The notes beneath the pieces are model-generated. The model was not told the DNA's origin, did no database searches, and saw only the letters and a program-made list of their open reading frames with translations. Made by a program: the position numbers and the translations under genes. Positions 1 to 14,541 of a stretch of 64,000 nucleotides of DNA are shown here, piece after piece. Source of the stretch: the human T2T-CHM13v2.0 reference genome, Homo sapiens. How positions within the stretch are numbered: the stretch's first letter is position 1; each line of letters starts with the position of its first letter. The stretch lies in NCBI RefSeq assembly GCF_009914755.1, contig NC_060940.1; one strand, given 5' to 3'.

Positions 1-373
1 CCAGGAGGTACTCATTTGCGGATGAATAAACTAGGACTGGAAGAGCCTTCACAGCTTGTGCCAGGTCTTATGAGTGGTGGAGGGGAGATGCAGACCTCAG
101 TGCCCCAGGGCCAGAGCCTGAGCTGTTTTCAATCCCGCTTTCCCCGTGGTGAATAAGCTTCAGGAATGTGATCCATTTCTGTAGACAGAGGCAGGAAATA
201 AACAGGAAACTGCAGCTGCCTTCTGAAGCCTACTACTTCCCTTCAAGGGGACTGTTGTTGAGTGCGAGTCGCACAACAGGAATTGATACAGGTAGAACCT
301 CTGTTCAGGGTGTATGTCTTTTTCCTGTGCTCCTGTAAAATCTGAAGTCCAGTAAGTTTCCTCCTCCCCCTGC

Positions 374-866
374 CTCATGAATGGATTCTAACCCATCCTT
401 CCATCTCGTGAATGGATTCTAACCCATCCTTCCATCTCGTGAATGGGTTCTAACCCATCCTTCCATCTCGTGAATGGGTTCTAACCCATCCTTCCATCTC
501 GTGAACGGATTCTAACCCATCCTTCCATCTCGTGAAGGGATTCTAACCCATCCTTCCATCTCGTGAACGGATTCTAACCCATCCTTCCATCTCGTGAATG
601 GATTCTAACCCATCCTTCCATCTCGTGAATGGATTCTAACCCATCCTTCCATCTCGTGAACGGATTCTAACCCATCTTTCCATCTCGTGAATGGATTCTA
701 ACCCATCCTTCCATCTCATGCATGGATTCTAACTCATCCTTCCATCTCGTGAATGGATTCTAATTCATCCTTCCATCTCATGCATGGATTCTAACTCATC
801 CTTCCATCTCGTGCATGGATTCTAACCCATCCTTCCATCTCGTGAATGGATTCTAAACCATCTTTC
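374..866. repeat. 31-bp minisatellite (VNTR), about 16 copies
   Basis: Unit ctcgtgaatggattctaacccatccttccat repeated head to tail with single-base variants and no spacers. Confidence 0.97.
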
Positions 867-1094
867 CCCACGGCTTATCTGGGGGAGGAGGAGACACTGC
901 CAGTGCTCTCTCCTCCACACTCCAGACGGTTTATGCAAGGACCTTATTGACATCTTCTCACCCACTGGAAAAATCAGGGAAGTCCAGGGTTGCAGACCAA
1001 CAGTGAATAAAGGCCAAGTTCGGGACTTGCTGAAGAAGAGACAAGAGCAAAACAACTGGAAAAAAGGCAAATCCCTGATTCAAATGCAGTCAAA

Positions 1095-1560
1095 GCACAT
1101 GCACTTGTATGTTCACTGAAGCACTATTAACAATAGTAAAGACATGGGATCGATATAGGTGCCCGTTAATGGCGAACTGGATAAGGAAGATGCGGTACAT
1201 ACACACCATGGAACACTGTGCAGCCATCAAAAGAACAAAATCATGTCCTTTGCTGCAATATGGATGCAGATGGAGGCCACTGTCCTAAGTGAATTAACAG
1301 AGGAACAGAAAGCTAAATACCACATGTTCTCACTTATAAGTGGGAGCTAAAAATTGGGTTCTCACGGACATGAAAATGGGAACAAACACTGGGGACTACT
1401 AGAGAGGGAAGAGGAGGAGGGCAAAGGCTGAAAAATAACCTAGTGGGTACAATGCTCACTTACCTAGGTAATGGGGGCCTTCATACCCAAAACCTCAGCA
1501 TCACACAATATACCCCTGGAGCAAACCTGCACACGTACCCACTGAATCTAAAATAAAAGG
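1095..1560 (+). mobile_element. L1 3' fragment (L1PB/L1MA-like)
   Basis: ORF2 C-terminal remnant (YHMFSLISGS) followed by L1 3'UTR ending aaaataaaag. Confidence 0.85.
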
Positions 1561-1908
1561 TGACTTTTTTTTTTTAAAGTTTAAAAAGTAGTCCAAATTT
1601 ACAGAGACTTATTTTGCTAAGATACGGAGGAAAAGGTATGAAAAATGCTAAAGAGTATGTTTTCCTGGACTCCACAGGCATAATTCCAGCCACCATGAGC
1701 AACTGAGGAAAAGTGAACTGGATAAAATGCTGGCCCGGCCTCCAGGCTCCTCTTTACCTCGTCCTCCAGGAAGCAGCTGCAGGATCTTCCTAAAACATGA
1801 GTCTGACCATGTCACCCTTTGACTCAGTACCTTCAGCGGCTCTCCATCATCTGAAGGACAATGTCCTTACCCCTTGGCAAGGCATGCAAGGTTGTTTGTG
1901 ACCCGGCA

Positions 1909-2043
1909 CTGCCTACTCAATCTTTGGAATTACTTGAAGTTTTCTAAATGTTCTGTGTTCTTTCATAACTCTAAGACTGTGCAAGCACTGTTTGGTCTCC
2001 TGGGAAAAATATGACTTCCACTTCTTCAATAGGTCAGGCCCTG
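1909..2043 (+). repeat. Dispersed direct duplication A, copy 1 (pairs with 5247-5380)
   Basis: First 37 nt identical to the second copy; 3 mismatches in the first 68 nt. Confidence 0.9.
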
Positions 2044-3799
2044 TGACAAACGCCTGGGACAGGAGTGGGTAAGATGGTTGTGGCACCTGTCCTCAAGGAA
2101 CGCACAGAACACTGGGGGATGCAGACATATAGGTAGGTCCCTGTAATATGAAGTGAGACAGCAGATGAATTGAAGCACGAGCATTCAGGGGAGGCTACAA
2201 AAAGTATGCTGGGGACACCAGGGGGACAGTACCTCCTTCTACAAAGGCAGGCAGTAAACTGGAGAACTACCTGGTTGTTACAACCCAATCAGTTTTAATT
2301 GGATTTACCTTTTTGTACTGACAAAAATGATGTGGCATTAAAACACACTCATTGTATTTGAATGGACCGGCAAACCATTTCACAAAGCCTCAGTGCTTTC
2401 ACAGGACATTTGTAAGAAACACATTTTTCATTTTAAACATACATATGCCTTTCTAAGAGGCAGTTTATCTGATGTTCTATCAATGAGAACTCTTAACACA
2501 CCAGCCCTTCCTTCAGACGGCTGTAATGGAAAGGTAACTGACAACAATCAGCACCCAGGGGCCACGCAGGAACCCAGGACGCCACCGGAATCATGAATGA
2601 ACTAAACTGACATTCTGCTTGGTGGGTTGGGGGGCGGGCAGGGAGGGTGGGGATCGTGTGTGTGCACATATGTATATGAAGTCTATTTAACTGTATTTTG
2701 ATTCTCTTAAGTCTGCTTGTCCTCACATGCCATGAGGCATCTCAAATGTGCACAACATTTAGTTAACCAAATTCTGCATTCCCATACAATGATTGATTAC
2801 AGCCAGTTATTTGATTTGGTCTTCAGGGAACCAGGGGAGGTCCACTTCAGAGGGCATCGAAAGATTGAATCTTAAAAGTAAATGCAATTTAAGTAGGAAA
2901 GCCAAGACACGGCTACAAGGAAAGCTGTTTTCAGAGAGGTGTTTACAGTAGTTTCTCTCTGATCCTTGCCACTTTCTTGCCGTTTGATTTTTAGCAAGTT
3001 CCTCAGGCTCACTGAGCCTTGGTTTTCTAATCTGCCAAATGGGAGCATTTAACAATGGTCTATGAGTTACTTGTGTGTTGTGGGTATGGTACATGCAGTG
3101 CCTGGTGCATAGCAGGTGCGCAGTAACTGGAGTTCCTTGGAAAGAAGTTTCTATATTCTTCGCTAGAAATGCAGAGGGAAAGGCATGTCCACCCCTTGCT
3201 AGTTTCCTACCAAGCTGTGACATTTCAATTCTTACACACTTGTGGTTCCTAGCAAAAATTTAAGTTATGTATGTTCAAGTTGCTTGACTGTAAGCTACCT
3301 GAGGACAAGAACTTTATCTGGGTCATCTATGTTCCCCAACTGTCCAGCACAGAGGCCAGGAACATGACAGGTTCCATCAGCCTTATGCCTATTTCTCTTT
3401 GGGTCCCCAGGCCCATTTCACTGTAGCCCACGGAAACTGCTCAGCACAACTGTGTTGCAGGACAGAATGAGGGCTTTTGTCCATACCATCCCTAATGCCA
3501 GAAACATCCTTCCTACACCTTTGCCTAGAGAACTCCTGCTTGCCTTTGCAAAAGCTGGCTCAATGTCAGTTCCACTGGGAAAGGCTGGAGTATAAATAAC
3601 CATTGAATGGCACTGAACTGTACTGACACGCTGACCTTTCTCTTTGTGCTTATGGCTGAGAACAGATGCCTTTTTCACCATTCATCCTGCCCTGGGTTTA
3701 TTCAAATAATCACCATGACCTATAATACTAATTTGTCCATTTCCATTTCACCACATAGGTCTTCCTAACGCACCTACACTAATGTATCAGAATTTGCAG

Positions 3800-3980
3800 T
3801 GGTTAAAATAATGCAGATCTGACATCAGAGAAATGTAGGTTTGAGTCCTAGTTCTACTACTTATTGGCTGTGTGGCCTTGGGCAGGTCATTTTTAGCTAG
3901 TCGATGCTCAATTTTGTCATTTTTAAAATTGAGGATAATAACACTATTTACCTTATAGAGTTGAAGATGTAATGAAATAA
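3800..3980 (+). mobile_element. MIR SINE
   Basis: MIR core ggctgtgtggccttgggcaggtca. Confidence 0.65.
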
Positions 3981-5136
3981 GAGGGAATAATCTGTTGCTT
4001 GCAACTACAAAATTCTAGCTGATACAGAAACTGGTATCAGAAGTCGGGTAATGAGTGTTGAGCCAGTGAAAACAAGAGAGATCTAGTACAGCTTAGGTAA
4101 CCTAGCCCACAGAATGCTAGAATGTCAGATCTTATTATTGTTATTATTTTTATTATCATGAATTCTCCAGGACTAGAGTCTGCACTGTGCCAGGAGTAGG
4201 ATACAGCAAGGATCTCTAACTCCCAGAACTTTGGGACTGGGTCAGTTTGGATTTCAGCCCCAAGGTGAGATTGAGCTTGAAGGACAGTTGATAGTGTCAC
4301 CAAGCATCTCATTCTCCTTGGGCAGCTTGCCACATTCACCTGCCTGTCTGTATTGGAACAAGGTCAAAATGCACTGCAACACAGGCAAGAAGTCATACAC
4401 ACCATGGAAAAACAAACACTGTGGTTTCTGCAACACAGAGATCGATTCTGGAGGATCAGGACATGCTGCGTCCAGTAGACTCTTTACCCACAGATTTCCA
4501 AGGTTACTTGTTTATCTCAGAGGGCTGATGAGAAATTTCAAAAGGATTTTTAAACGGATTTTTTCTTTTTAAACAGAGGACACAGGCCTTGAAGTAACTT
4601 GACAGTTCCTAGGCAAAGAAAACTTCAGAAATGATTTAAATGAGACGTTATCACATAGATCATCGGTTTTTAAGCTGCATCTGGGGGAACCCCAGGTTGG
4701 GGCTGGGCAGCTGGGGCCTCAAGACACCTCAGTAGAGGTTTCCTTACTGAGGACTCACTTCCACCCCTATATTGGGTAAAATTTCAATTGTGCAAAAATG
4801 GTTTAGTAGCCTAAAAACAAGTGTTCAAAAATCATTTAAAAAACGGCCAATTTAACTTCCAGTTCTCCTTTAGGAGAGGAAGGAGGCTGGCATCTTACTC
4901 AATAGCAGAACTGGCTGAGCTCTGCCCTCACTAACTGCCCAATCTTGGGCAGATGACAATTTTTCTGAACAGCACTGTTGCCTTTATAATAACAGGAATC
5001 GCAATATGACATGCCTTGTGGAGTTGTTTTGGGGTTAGAAGGAATGATATCAGGTTAACCTGTTAGCATGGGTACTTGGTGTACAGTAAATACTTAGTAA
5101 GTATTAACTATGTTACTCTTGCAGCTGTGAATTAAA

Positions 5137-5240
5137 TTTCTTTTTATTCCCTCCTTCCTTCCCTCCTCTCTCCCTTTTTTTTCTCTCCCTCTTCCATTTC
5201 TCTTTCCTTTTCCTTTGTCCTTTTCTTTCCTTTCTCTTCC
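5137..5240. repeat. CT-rich low-complexity tract
   Basis: Almost pure pyrimidine run. Confidence 0.85.
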
Positions 5241-5246
5241 TGCATC

Positions 5247-5380
5247 CTGCCTACTCAATCTTTGGAATTACTTGAAGTTTTCTGAATGTTTTGTGCTCTT
5301 TCATAACTCTAAGATCCTGCAAGCTCTATTAGCTTTCCTGGTAAATACAATTTCCCAGTTCTTCAACAATTCAGGCCCTG
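5247..5380 (+). repeat. Dispersed direct duplication A, copy 2
   Basis: ctgcctactcaatctttggaattacttgaagttttct...caggccctg, directly after a CT-rich tract. Confidence 0.9.
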
Positions 5381-5432
5381 CCATAAGCATTTGCTGAGCA
5401 TCTTCCTATGTGCCAAAGACTGCGTTCATTTC

Positions 5433-5799
<367 letters not shown>

Positions 5800-7244
5800 T
5801 GAGTTGTATGGGCCCATTTCATTGAGGACATTTAAGCCCGGGTTTTATTTGACTCTACATGAGCTCATACCTCCTGCTTCTTGGGTGAAAGCTGTTCATT
5901 TACAGATATTTCTTTCTTTTCCCAGAGAGGTATTTACTCAGGGGCAATACCTTAGTCCTGCTCCTTCTGCGCTCCTATGGTGACTGATACAGTGCTTTAC
6001 TAACAAACAAACAAACAAACAAAAAAAACCAAATTAGTAACAAATGTCATCTGGGATCTGATCACATAAACTCTGCCGGGAAGATGCTGACACAAGTTCA
6101 TTGCTCGCTGATGAATTATTTTCAGTGCCAGGTCTCTGAGTATTTAAATGGCTGCATTGTAAAAACAGGATCGTATTATAAATTGTCAAACAGGACGTGT
6201 AGTAGATGAAGGCAGATTTGTGCACGCCACACTACCTCCACGTACTCATTCAGCAAACATTTATGTTACAGCTACTATGAGTCACGTGCTGTTTCAGATG
6301 CTGGAGAAACAGTGAAGATGAAGACAAAATCCCTCTGAGAATGGAGCTTTGGTGTTCCGAGGCATCCACGTACATCCTGGATTAGCTTCCCTCTATGCAT
6401 TAAGAGCATACTAGTCACATACCATCCTTGCTAGAATCAAGAACACAGGCACTCTGCCCACTTCCTGTGTTTTGTGGCTCAAATGAGGAACCTCAGTTGA
6501 GCAAGGCTTGGCTAGCGCCATGTCTGGCATATTATAGTTGCTCAATGCACACAGGGACAAAGGTTGAATGCAATCTCCGAGTCTGTGCCAGGTTCCTGGA
6601 ATGGAATTCACAAACTCGGACAGAATTCCTTTCATGCTAAGGCAGATACATCAGCAGGTCCAGCTGAGACGAGCCTAACTGAGTGACAGCTTGACGTGCT
6701 GCTGTTCTGCAGAATCATCATTCGGCAAAAGGTGAAATAGGTTTAAAGATCATCTCTACTCCTTGATCCTTGCGGTACCACCTTGCAGGTTTCTTTATCC
6801 TTCTGAGCCTCAATTTCCTTGTCTAAGTTGAGCAAAGATTTGATGAGATCATGGGTGTGGAAGACTCAATCCAGTGCCTGCCACATAGTAATCGCTTGAT
6901 TATCTGGTAGCCCTTGTTTTTTATTTGGCTCTGAGTGAGGGAGAAGGGTGGCAGGCTTCCCCAGGCTGCAATGTGCAGTCATCAAAGGTTTTCTCAGGGA
7001 AGCTGTGGTCCTTGGGATGTTGACGAACCCAAGAGTTAGAGACCAAACCAAGACCAACCTCTCTGTGGTTGTTCCCTGGCTGGCCCTCCAGAGGGTGGCC
7101 AAAAAAATAAATAAATAAAACACAAAAGAAAGATATACATCTACAGAAGCTGAAATTCCTCTGTTTTTCTACTTTATCTTATTACTTCTTCCCTTTTTCT
7201 CTAAAGTAGCTGAACCACATATGTTAAGAGTCATTGTAATACTG

Positions 7245-8035
<791 letters not shown>

Positions 8036-8309
8036 CAACATATTTTAATGTTATTATTTATGTTTTTATTTTTATGCCACAATAAAAATATGACAGTTGA
8101 ACCCCAAAATTTCAAACTGAGAAATAAAACAACAGCTACAATAATAACCATGTTTGGTGTATCCTACCTATTTTATATACGCTATCCACCTAATCCTCAC
8201 AACCCCCCTAAAATAGGCAGCAGTAGCTCCATTTTACAATGGAGCAAACTTCTCAAAACTTGGGCAACGTGTCTAATAATCATGATGATCATAACAATAA
8301 TAAGTATAG

Positions 8310-8525
8310 AATATAAGAGTTGCTTGCTGAGGCACTTGTTACATATCGGCTCAGTTTGCCTTCCCAACATCATCATGATGTACATATTATCATTATCACC
8401 CATTTTACAGAGGAAGATGAACAGAGAGGTTAAGTGACTTGGCCTAGGTTAGACAGCCCACAGGTAACAGAAACAGGGATTTGCACCCCAGGTCATTTGA
8501 CCTCAGAGTCCATATGCATCACCAC
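8310..8525 (-). mobile_element. MIR SINE
   Basis: cccattttacagaggaagatgaacagagaggttaagtgacttg. Confidence 0.7.
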
Positions 8526-9259
8526 TGGAGCCCGCAGGCGTGGTCATGGAGCCGGGAAGGAATGTGGACACCTGCAGAACTTACCTCCCTGTCCTCTCTC
8601 ATGGAAAATGGGAACAGACTAGGTATCTGCTCCATGACATCAAGTGACTTCATGGGATCCAGACCTTCCCCCAGGCTGCATGGAAGCCAGCATATAGCCA
8701 GACAGGTGTGATATGTGAATGTCCCTCTGGCCTGCCAGGCTCCCAGACACAGATCCTTGATATCTGTGCAGGCACCTCCACTTTATGTGGAGAAGCAGCT
8801 GAGCCAACCTTAGGATTCATGAGTACCTACCACAGCTCACTGTCCTTTTGAAATAAACTCTCCAGCTCTTTGGAATGTTTTCTGTTTTCATGGTGGTGAA
8901 ATCTGAAAACGTCTCTAGGTGAAAAGACATTAAGTAAAGACAAAACCCCTCCACTGGTCCTCAATCTAGGAATAAGCCCAGAGATGTTTTTAATAAATGG
9001 GGAATGCAAAAAAAAAATGCGGTAAAATATCAGTGACTCTCCTGGCACTTAGAAATAAAGGACCACAGCCACTGCAGCCACAGTGGTGTTATATGGGACA
9101 AACACTGAGCACTCATTTGCTCCTTCATGCCTTACTTCAGTAAGTACTTACTGAGCTCTCACTATGTGCCAGGCACTGTACCAGGAATAAGACACAGTGG
9201 TGAGCAAAACAGATGTCATCTCTCCACTTGTGGAACTGTCACCCGGGCAGCTTGGGTCA

Positions 9260-9510
9260 CCATCACTATCATCGTTTCTCGAGCCCTTTCTCTGGGTCAG
9301 GCAAGGTGCTACACATTTCACAGCTTCATCCTTACAGTAAAGGCTGAGGCAGGTAACTGATGGTTCCCATTTTACAGATGAGAAAACTGAGGCAGAGACA
9401 GGTTGAGCAACATGCCCAAGGGCACGTGGCCAGTAAACAGAACAGCTGGAAATTGAACTCAGGCTCTGCTGCCTCCTCAAGTGCACACTTTCAACCGCTT
9501 TGCTGCACTG
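9260..9510 (-). mobile_element. MIR SINE
   Basis: cccattttacagatgagaaaactgaggcagag. Confidence 0.7.
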
Positions 9511-9869
9511 GCCTGAGGGCCTGAGCCCTGGAAAATTCCTGCCGACTAGCAGAAGGAGGTTTGTAGGTCCAGTTCCAGATCCAGCTTACAGGGTCTCTCC
9601 AGGAAACCCAGGGCCACAAAGCCTAAGAATAAGGTATGCTGCAGAAAAGCTCAACACCAAGAGAAAATAATAGCAACAAAGCAACAGGAGGCATTTAGCC
9701 TGGTGGAAAGTAATTACCTGAGCTATAATGTACATATCTACTAGCAAAAAATACTAGCTATCATGTTTCCCCTCCTCCAGCAGGCTGGTACAGTCCTCTA
9801 CTTTTTTTTTTTTTTAACTTTCTTTTTCCCACTGCCAAGCAACTGATTATAAACTGAACCAATCTCATC

Positions 9870-10565
9870 ATGGCATTTTCTAATAGAAAACTTTTCAAAG
9901 GCTGCCCATTGCTTATAGGATAAGCTTGGACTCCTTAACCTGGCTCTAAAGGTCCCACACGGTCTGGCCCCCACCTGCCTCTCTGGCCTCATTCTATTGG
10001 CTTATCCCCTTGCCACACTCTGTCCACATAAGCCTCTTTTCATTTACCACAGAAGCCATGTTTTCTCCTGCCTCAGTGCCTTTGTGCATGCAGCCCCTGC
10101 TGCTTGCAATGTTCACCGCCCCCTTTTTTTCACCCAGTTAATTCCTCCTCTTCTTTCAACTCTCAGGAAACCACTGGGCAGAGGGCACTCCAGCCTGCTG
10201 CCCATCTCCTTCTTAGTTTTACATAAAAGGAGGGGGAACTGATGGTAGGATTACTTAGTGCCAGTGAGATTGCTTGAGACGTGGTTATGGGATGGGTACT
10301 TCTCCAGGGAAGCTTTCCCTGGTCCTTTAGAAGAGAAGGGGTGATATGCATGTCTGTTTCCTGCATTATATGCATGCAAATTTCTTTCCTGACAATGTCA
10401 TGAAGATGTCATTATTTGATGGCTTAATCTGTATATTCCTCAAAGGCAGCGATGTTAATGGTTCTATTGGTGTCTGTAACCCCAGGTCCTGGCAAATGTC
10501 TGGCACACAGTAGGTTTCCAACAAGCATCTGTTGACTGACTAGAATGTATGAATGAATGAACAAA
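9870..10565 (+). mobile_element. Degraded L2 3' region, interrupted by duplication B copy 1
   Basis: L2 motifs (tctggcccccacctgcctctctggcctcat; tggcacacagtagg...gaatgaatgaa). Confidence 0.6.
10181..10288 (+). repeat. Dispersed direct duplication B, copy 1 (pairs with 14542-14667)
   Basis: Shared blocks gagggcactc(c/t)agcctgctgcccat and ggtaggattacttagtgc..g.gagattgcttgagac.tggttat. Confidence 0.88.
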
Positions 10566-11753
10566 TTCACAGTGAGGCCCTACAGCTGATAGTTCATTAA
10601 AATGTATTTTGCGGACACCACCTTGGTTAAAAATCTCTCTCTTCCTGAATTAACATTGCAACCTGAGACAGACTTCCAAGATAAATTACAGGAGGGGAGC
10701 CCAGACACATCCAGGCAGTGAGTCAGTAGAAAACCAGACACACAAGATCAACTGGATTTATAGAAAGTACTAGAGGAACACATGTCCAGTCACTCTGGGA
10801 AATCTTTGAGAATTAGCTGGCATTAAGGCATTAGTCAGCAACTTGCCTGGTCAACCAAGGAAAGATAAACGAGCTCTGTGCTTTTAGCGGGGGAGCAGAA
10901 ACTTGGGGTAAGTGCTGAAATCAACGAGTCTCAGGATTCAATGACATTAACCTTTTTGATTCAGATTGAGGAAGGTGGTGCAGGGTGAATTACGGTGCTA
11001 ATGAGGACCAGGTATTTATCCTGCGTTTAGGCAGAGAAGGCTGGGTGGTAAGAAAACCGGTATGCTCTGGCTGGCAGGAACTCTGCGGGGCTGGATAGCC
11101 ATGGAGGACTGTCTGTGTGCAAACTGCCTGTCTCCTCTCGGCCGCCCCTGGTCAGGCAACACTGATGGGTGAGCTGTGTTTCATGTGCTCCTTACCAGCT
11201 CAAGGTCAGAAATGGCACACGAAGTAGGTTAGGGGAACATAAAATAAAGGGAGCCTGCTGTTTAATAAGGGGTTCAGCTACCCAGGACTGGGTAGAAATC
11301 CAGGTCAAGGCCTAGGGGAGGTAGAGCAGAAGGCCTTGGGGATCTCCATCACTCATTCTCTATCCAGGGTCCTGAAGTCTGAAGCACTTGAGGTGATTCA
11401 GATTCAACCCCACCTGGGTTGACAGAATCATCTAAGATAGTGAAGCAAAGGCCATGCCTAGGAAGATGGGTGAGTGGGTTGGCACTAAATTTGAAAGGGC
11501 TGAGATGTACGTGTTCTGGGCAAGGCCACGATCTGAAACATGGGAGATCTGGCAGAATGATCAAGTGCAAACTATTGCCTGCCACCTGTTTTTAGAAAGA
11601 AAATTTTACTGGAACACAGTCATACCCATTCATTTACATACTGTCTATGGCCGCCTTAGTATTACAACAGCAGAGTTTCGTCATCCTGAGAGACATATAT
11701 GTACCACAAAACCTAAAATATTTACTATCTGGCCTTTTAATAAAAACTTTTGA

Positions 11754-12049
11754 GGCTGGGCGTGGTGGCTCATGCCTGTAATCCCAGAACTTTGTGAGCT
11801 CGAGGCAGGCAGATGGCTTGAGCCCAGGAGTTTGAGACTAGCCTGGGCAACATGGCAAAACCCTGTCTCTACAAAAATACAAAAATTATCCAAGTGTGGT
11901 GACATGAGCCTGTAATCCCAGCTACTCAGGAGGCTGAGATGGGAGGACCACTTGAGCCTGGGAGGTCAGGGCTTCAGTGAGCTGTGACTGTGCCACTGCA
12001 CTCCAGCCAGGGTGACAGAATGAGACCCTGTCTCAAAAAAAAAAAAAAA
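11754..12049 (+). mobile_element. AluJ
   Basis: gagcccaggagtttgag diagnostic; polyA tail. Confidence 0.92.
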
Positions 12050-12059
12050 GTTTGTTGAA

Positions 12060-12352
12060 TGAACGGAGCTGGAGGCTTTTATCCTAAGTGAACTAACAAA
12101 GGAAGAGAAAACCAAATACATATTCTCGCTTGTAAGGGGGAGCTAAACATTGAGTACACACGGAAACAAAGAAGGGAAGGGTAGACACCAGGGTCTCCTT
12201 GAGGAGGCAGGGAGGGTGAGGATCGAAAAACTATCAGGTACTCCATTTATCACCTGAATGATGCAGTAATTTGTACACCAAACCCCCAGGACACACAATT
12301 TACCTATGTAACAAACCTGCACATGTACCCCTGAACCTCAAATAAAAGCTAG
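12060..12352 (+). mobile_element. L1 3' fragment
   Basis: L1 3'UTR (acctgcacatgtacccctgaac) flanked by repeated aagtttgttga. Confidence 0.8.
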
Positions 12353-14541
12353 AAAAGAAGTTTGTTGATCCCTCGCCTGATAACTCTCTTTTTTGGGTCA
12401 TTCACAATCTTCCTCATAACTTTCTGGCATATCCATCTAATCGAAGTGTCTTCCTGACCCACCCTATCCTCTTTCCATGCAATAGTTTTCCTGGTACTCA
12501 TTTCTACCTGATATATGACCCGCTCACTTATCTACTGTCTCTTTCTCTAATGAGCATGGAGGATGCACAACAGTGCTTGCTTTCTTTACTGCCATATTCC
12601 CAACCCCCAGCAAAATGGCTGGAGTATACCAGGCACTCAATAAGTACTTGCCAAATGACTGAAGAGCCACTTACCCCTTGTATTGTTGCCTTGTTAATAT
12701 TTTCTCATTTAAATCAACTTTCATTTTATTTATTTATTTACTTTTTATTTTTAAGGAAACTTCAGCTTCCAAAATCTGGGCTGAACATGTTCCTATTCCC
12801 TTCTATGTGTTAATATAGATAAACATGGACATTTTCAAAGACTCGCCTGCATTTCTCTTTAAATCATCTTACATACTGCAAGCGGCCCACAGGCCATACT
12901 TGGGAAGTCCTGACTCATTGTTAAGGACATGGGTGGGTTTAAGCTCCACTGAGCTCCACTTCTGGGTAGCTGAGCATCTGCTCAAGTCCCTTCTCTTGCA
13001 AATGGGGACAATGAAGGTCCCATCTCACCAGATGGCTGAGAGATTAAAGGAGAACATAGAAGAAGCACTTAGCACCTGCAGAAACTCAGTGGCAGGGAAC
13101 TCTTAGGGGTGGGGCCATCTCCCGGTCGCTCAGTTCATGACAAAGCAGTGCCCCCTTGGTACTGCAGCCATCGCTGTCATGAAGCCTGTCTGAGACACTG
13201 CCCCAATTCCTGAATGGTTGCACCACAACCCAGCAAAGCAATTTGGATTAATGGGACTATTTAGCTGTAGGTGTCCAGAGAATGCATTGTTTAAAGTAAC
13301 TTGTTGGAAACTTCCCCAGGGTGGCAAATTTTAAACAAAGATTGACTCTGTAATCAAAAATTGCTTCTGCTTGGCCTTAAACCAGATTCCGGCATCCTGA
13401 AGAGCATGATTAGACTGAGAAAGGGTGGCAATGTTTGTGCCCCTGGCTCGGTTTGCCAAGTAATGTTGACTGATGAATACAATTAAATTGCACTGAGGAG
13501 AATCCCTCCCTGGAGGAGAAAGGACATAGGAGACGGGTGATGGCTTTTAGGGGCACAGTTTTTCATTCCTTCTCCATAAGGGAACAACCACCATTGTGGG
13601 ATTCCCCTTCACCCCCTACCATGGGAAAACTGGCCAGTACTACCAAATGGCCTTCCCCTTCCCATTCTCCACTTTTGGATTAACTGGTCTTATAGGCAGT
13701 GGGCCAAGACTAGATTCCAGGTTCTAGAGACACTCCATCTGACCTTCATGGGCCTGCTTCACCTAAGCTGAGTGGGAGTGGGAGGAGGCAGCAGGGGAGT
13801 CTCATGAACCATGAAGACTTTGCTCTCTGCGCTGGCTTCTGTTCCATGATGATTTCCTAGGAAGCTGACCTGCCCAGATGTCCAAATCACTTTCTGATAT
13901 TGCCTGGGGCCACCAGGGGAGGGTCAGAGGCAGGCCACTTGAGCATGGGGATGGGGTGAGGGTTGGTGAGGCTGGGAATTGGAAGGAAGTTTCCCACTTG
14001 AAATTTCAGGTAGATTGCAGTTGCATTCAAAAAGTAACTGGAGAAATGCACTTGATTTTTCAAAGTAAGTGGAGAAATGGACTTGAGAAATGGAATATGT
14101 TGTTTCACCTCATTGGGGTAGAGAAGGCCAATAAACACTAGGGCTGTCTTCAAACAGCCTTGCAGCAGGGAGGGAATATGGGGGCCCAACTACAGGCAAA
14201 GAAGGCTCAGCTCAAGGCAACTACCTTCCTCACTCTCACCACGATCAGACTTCCTCAAAGGCAGGTGCCCCCTGCCCAATCTGCATTTCTGTATTAGTAC
14301 AAGGAATAGAGACATAAAATATAAGAGGAAGAAAGAAGGAGAGAATAAGGAAAGTGACCACACAAGGCCAGACCATGTTTTTGTCCAGAATTAATAACTA
14401 TACAGGATTATTAATTATCATTGTCATCACTACCATTATCATCAAAAAATTTCCTTGTTAAAAAATGCCCAATTCCGGATTAGGTCCTGTGTTCCACTAT
14501 CTTTCATGTTTCTAACAATCCTATGAGGAAAGTACTCTGGG

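Larger units (their letters stand above)
11550..12375 (-). mobile_element. MER58A split by an AluJ and an L1 fragment
   Basis: MER58 body at 11550-11752 (ttttactggaacacagtcatacccattcatttac) and terminal gtttgttgatccct at about 12360-12375. Confidence 0.7.

Noticed and set aside
374-866. CRISPR-like array (31-bp semi-palindromic repeats)
   Set aside because: Units are contiguous with no unique spacers, there are no cas genes, and the context is a primate intron.
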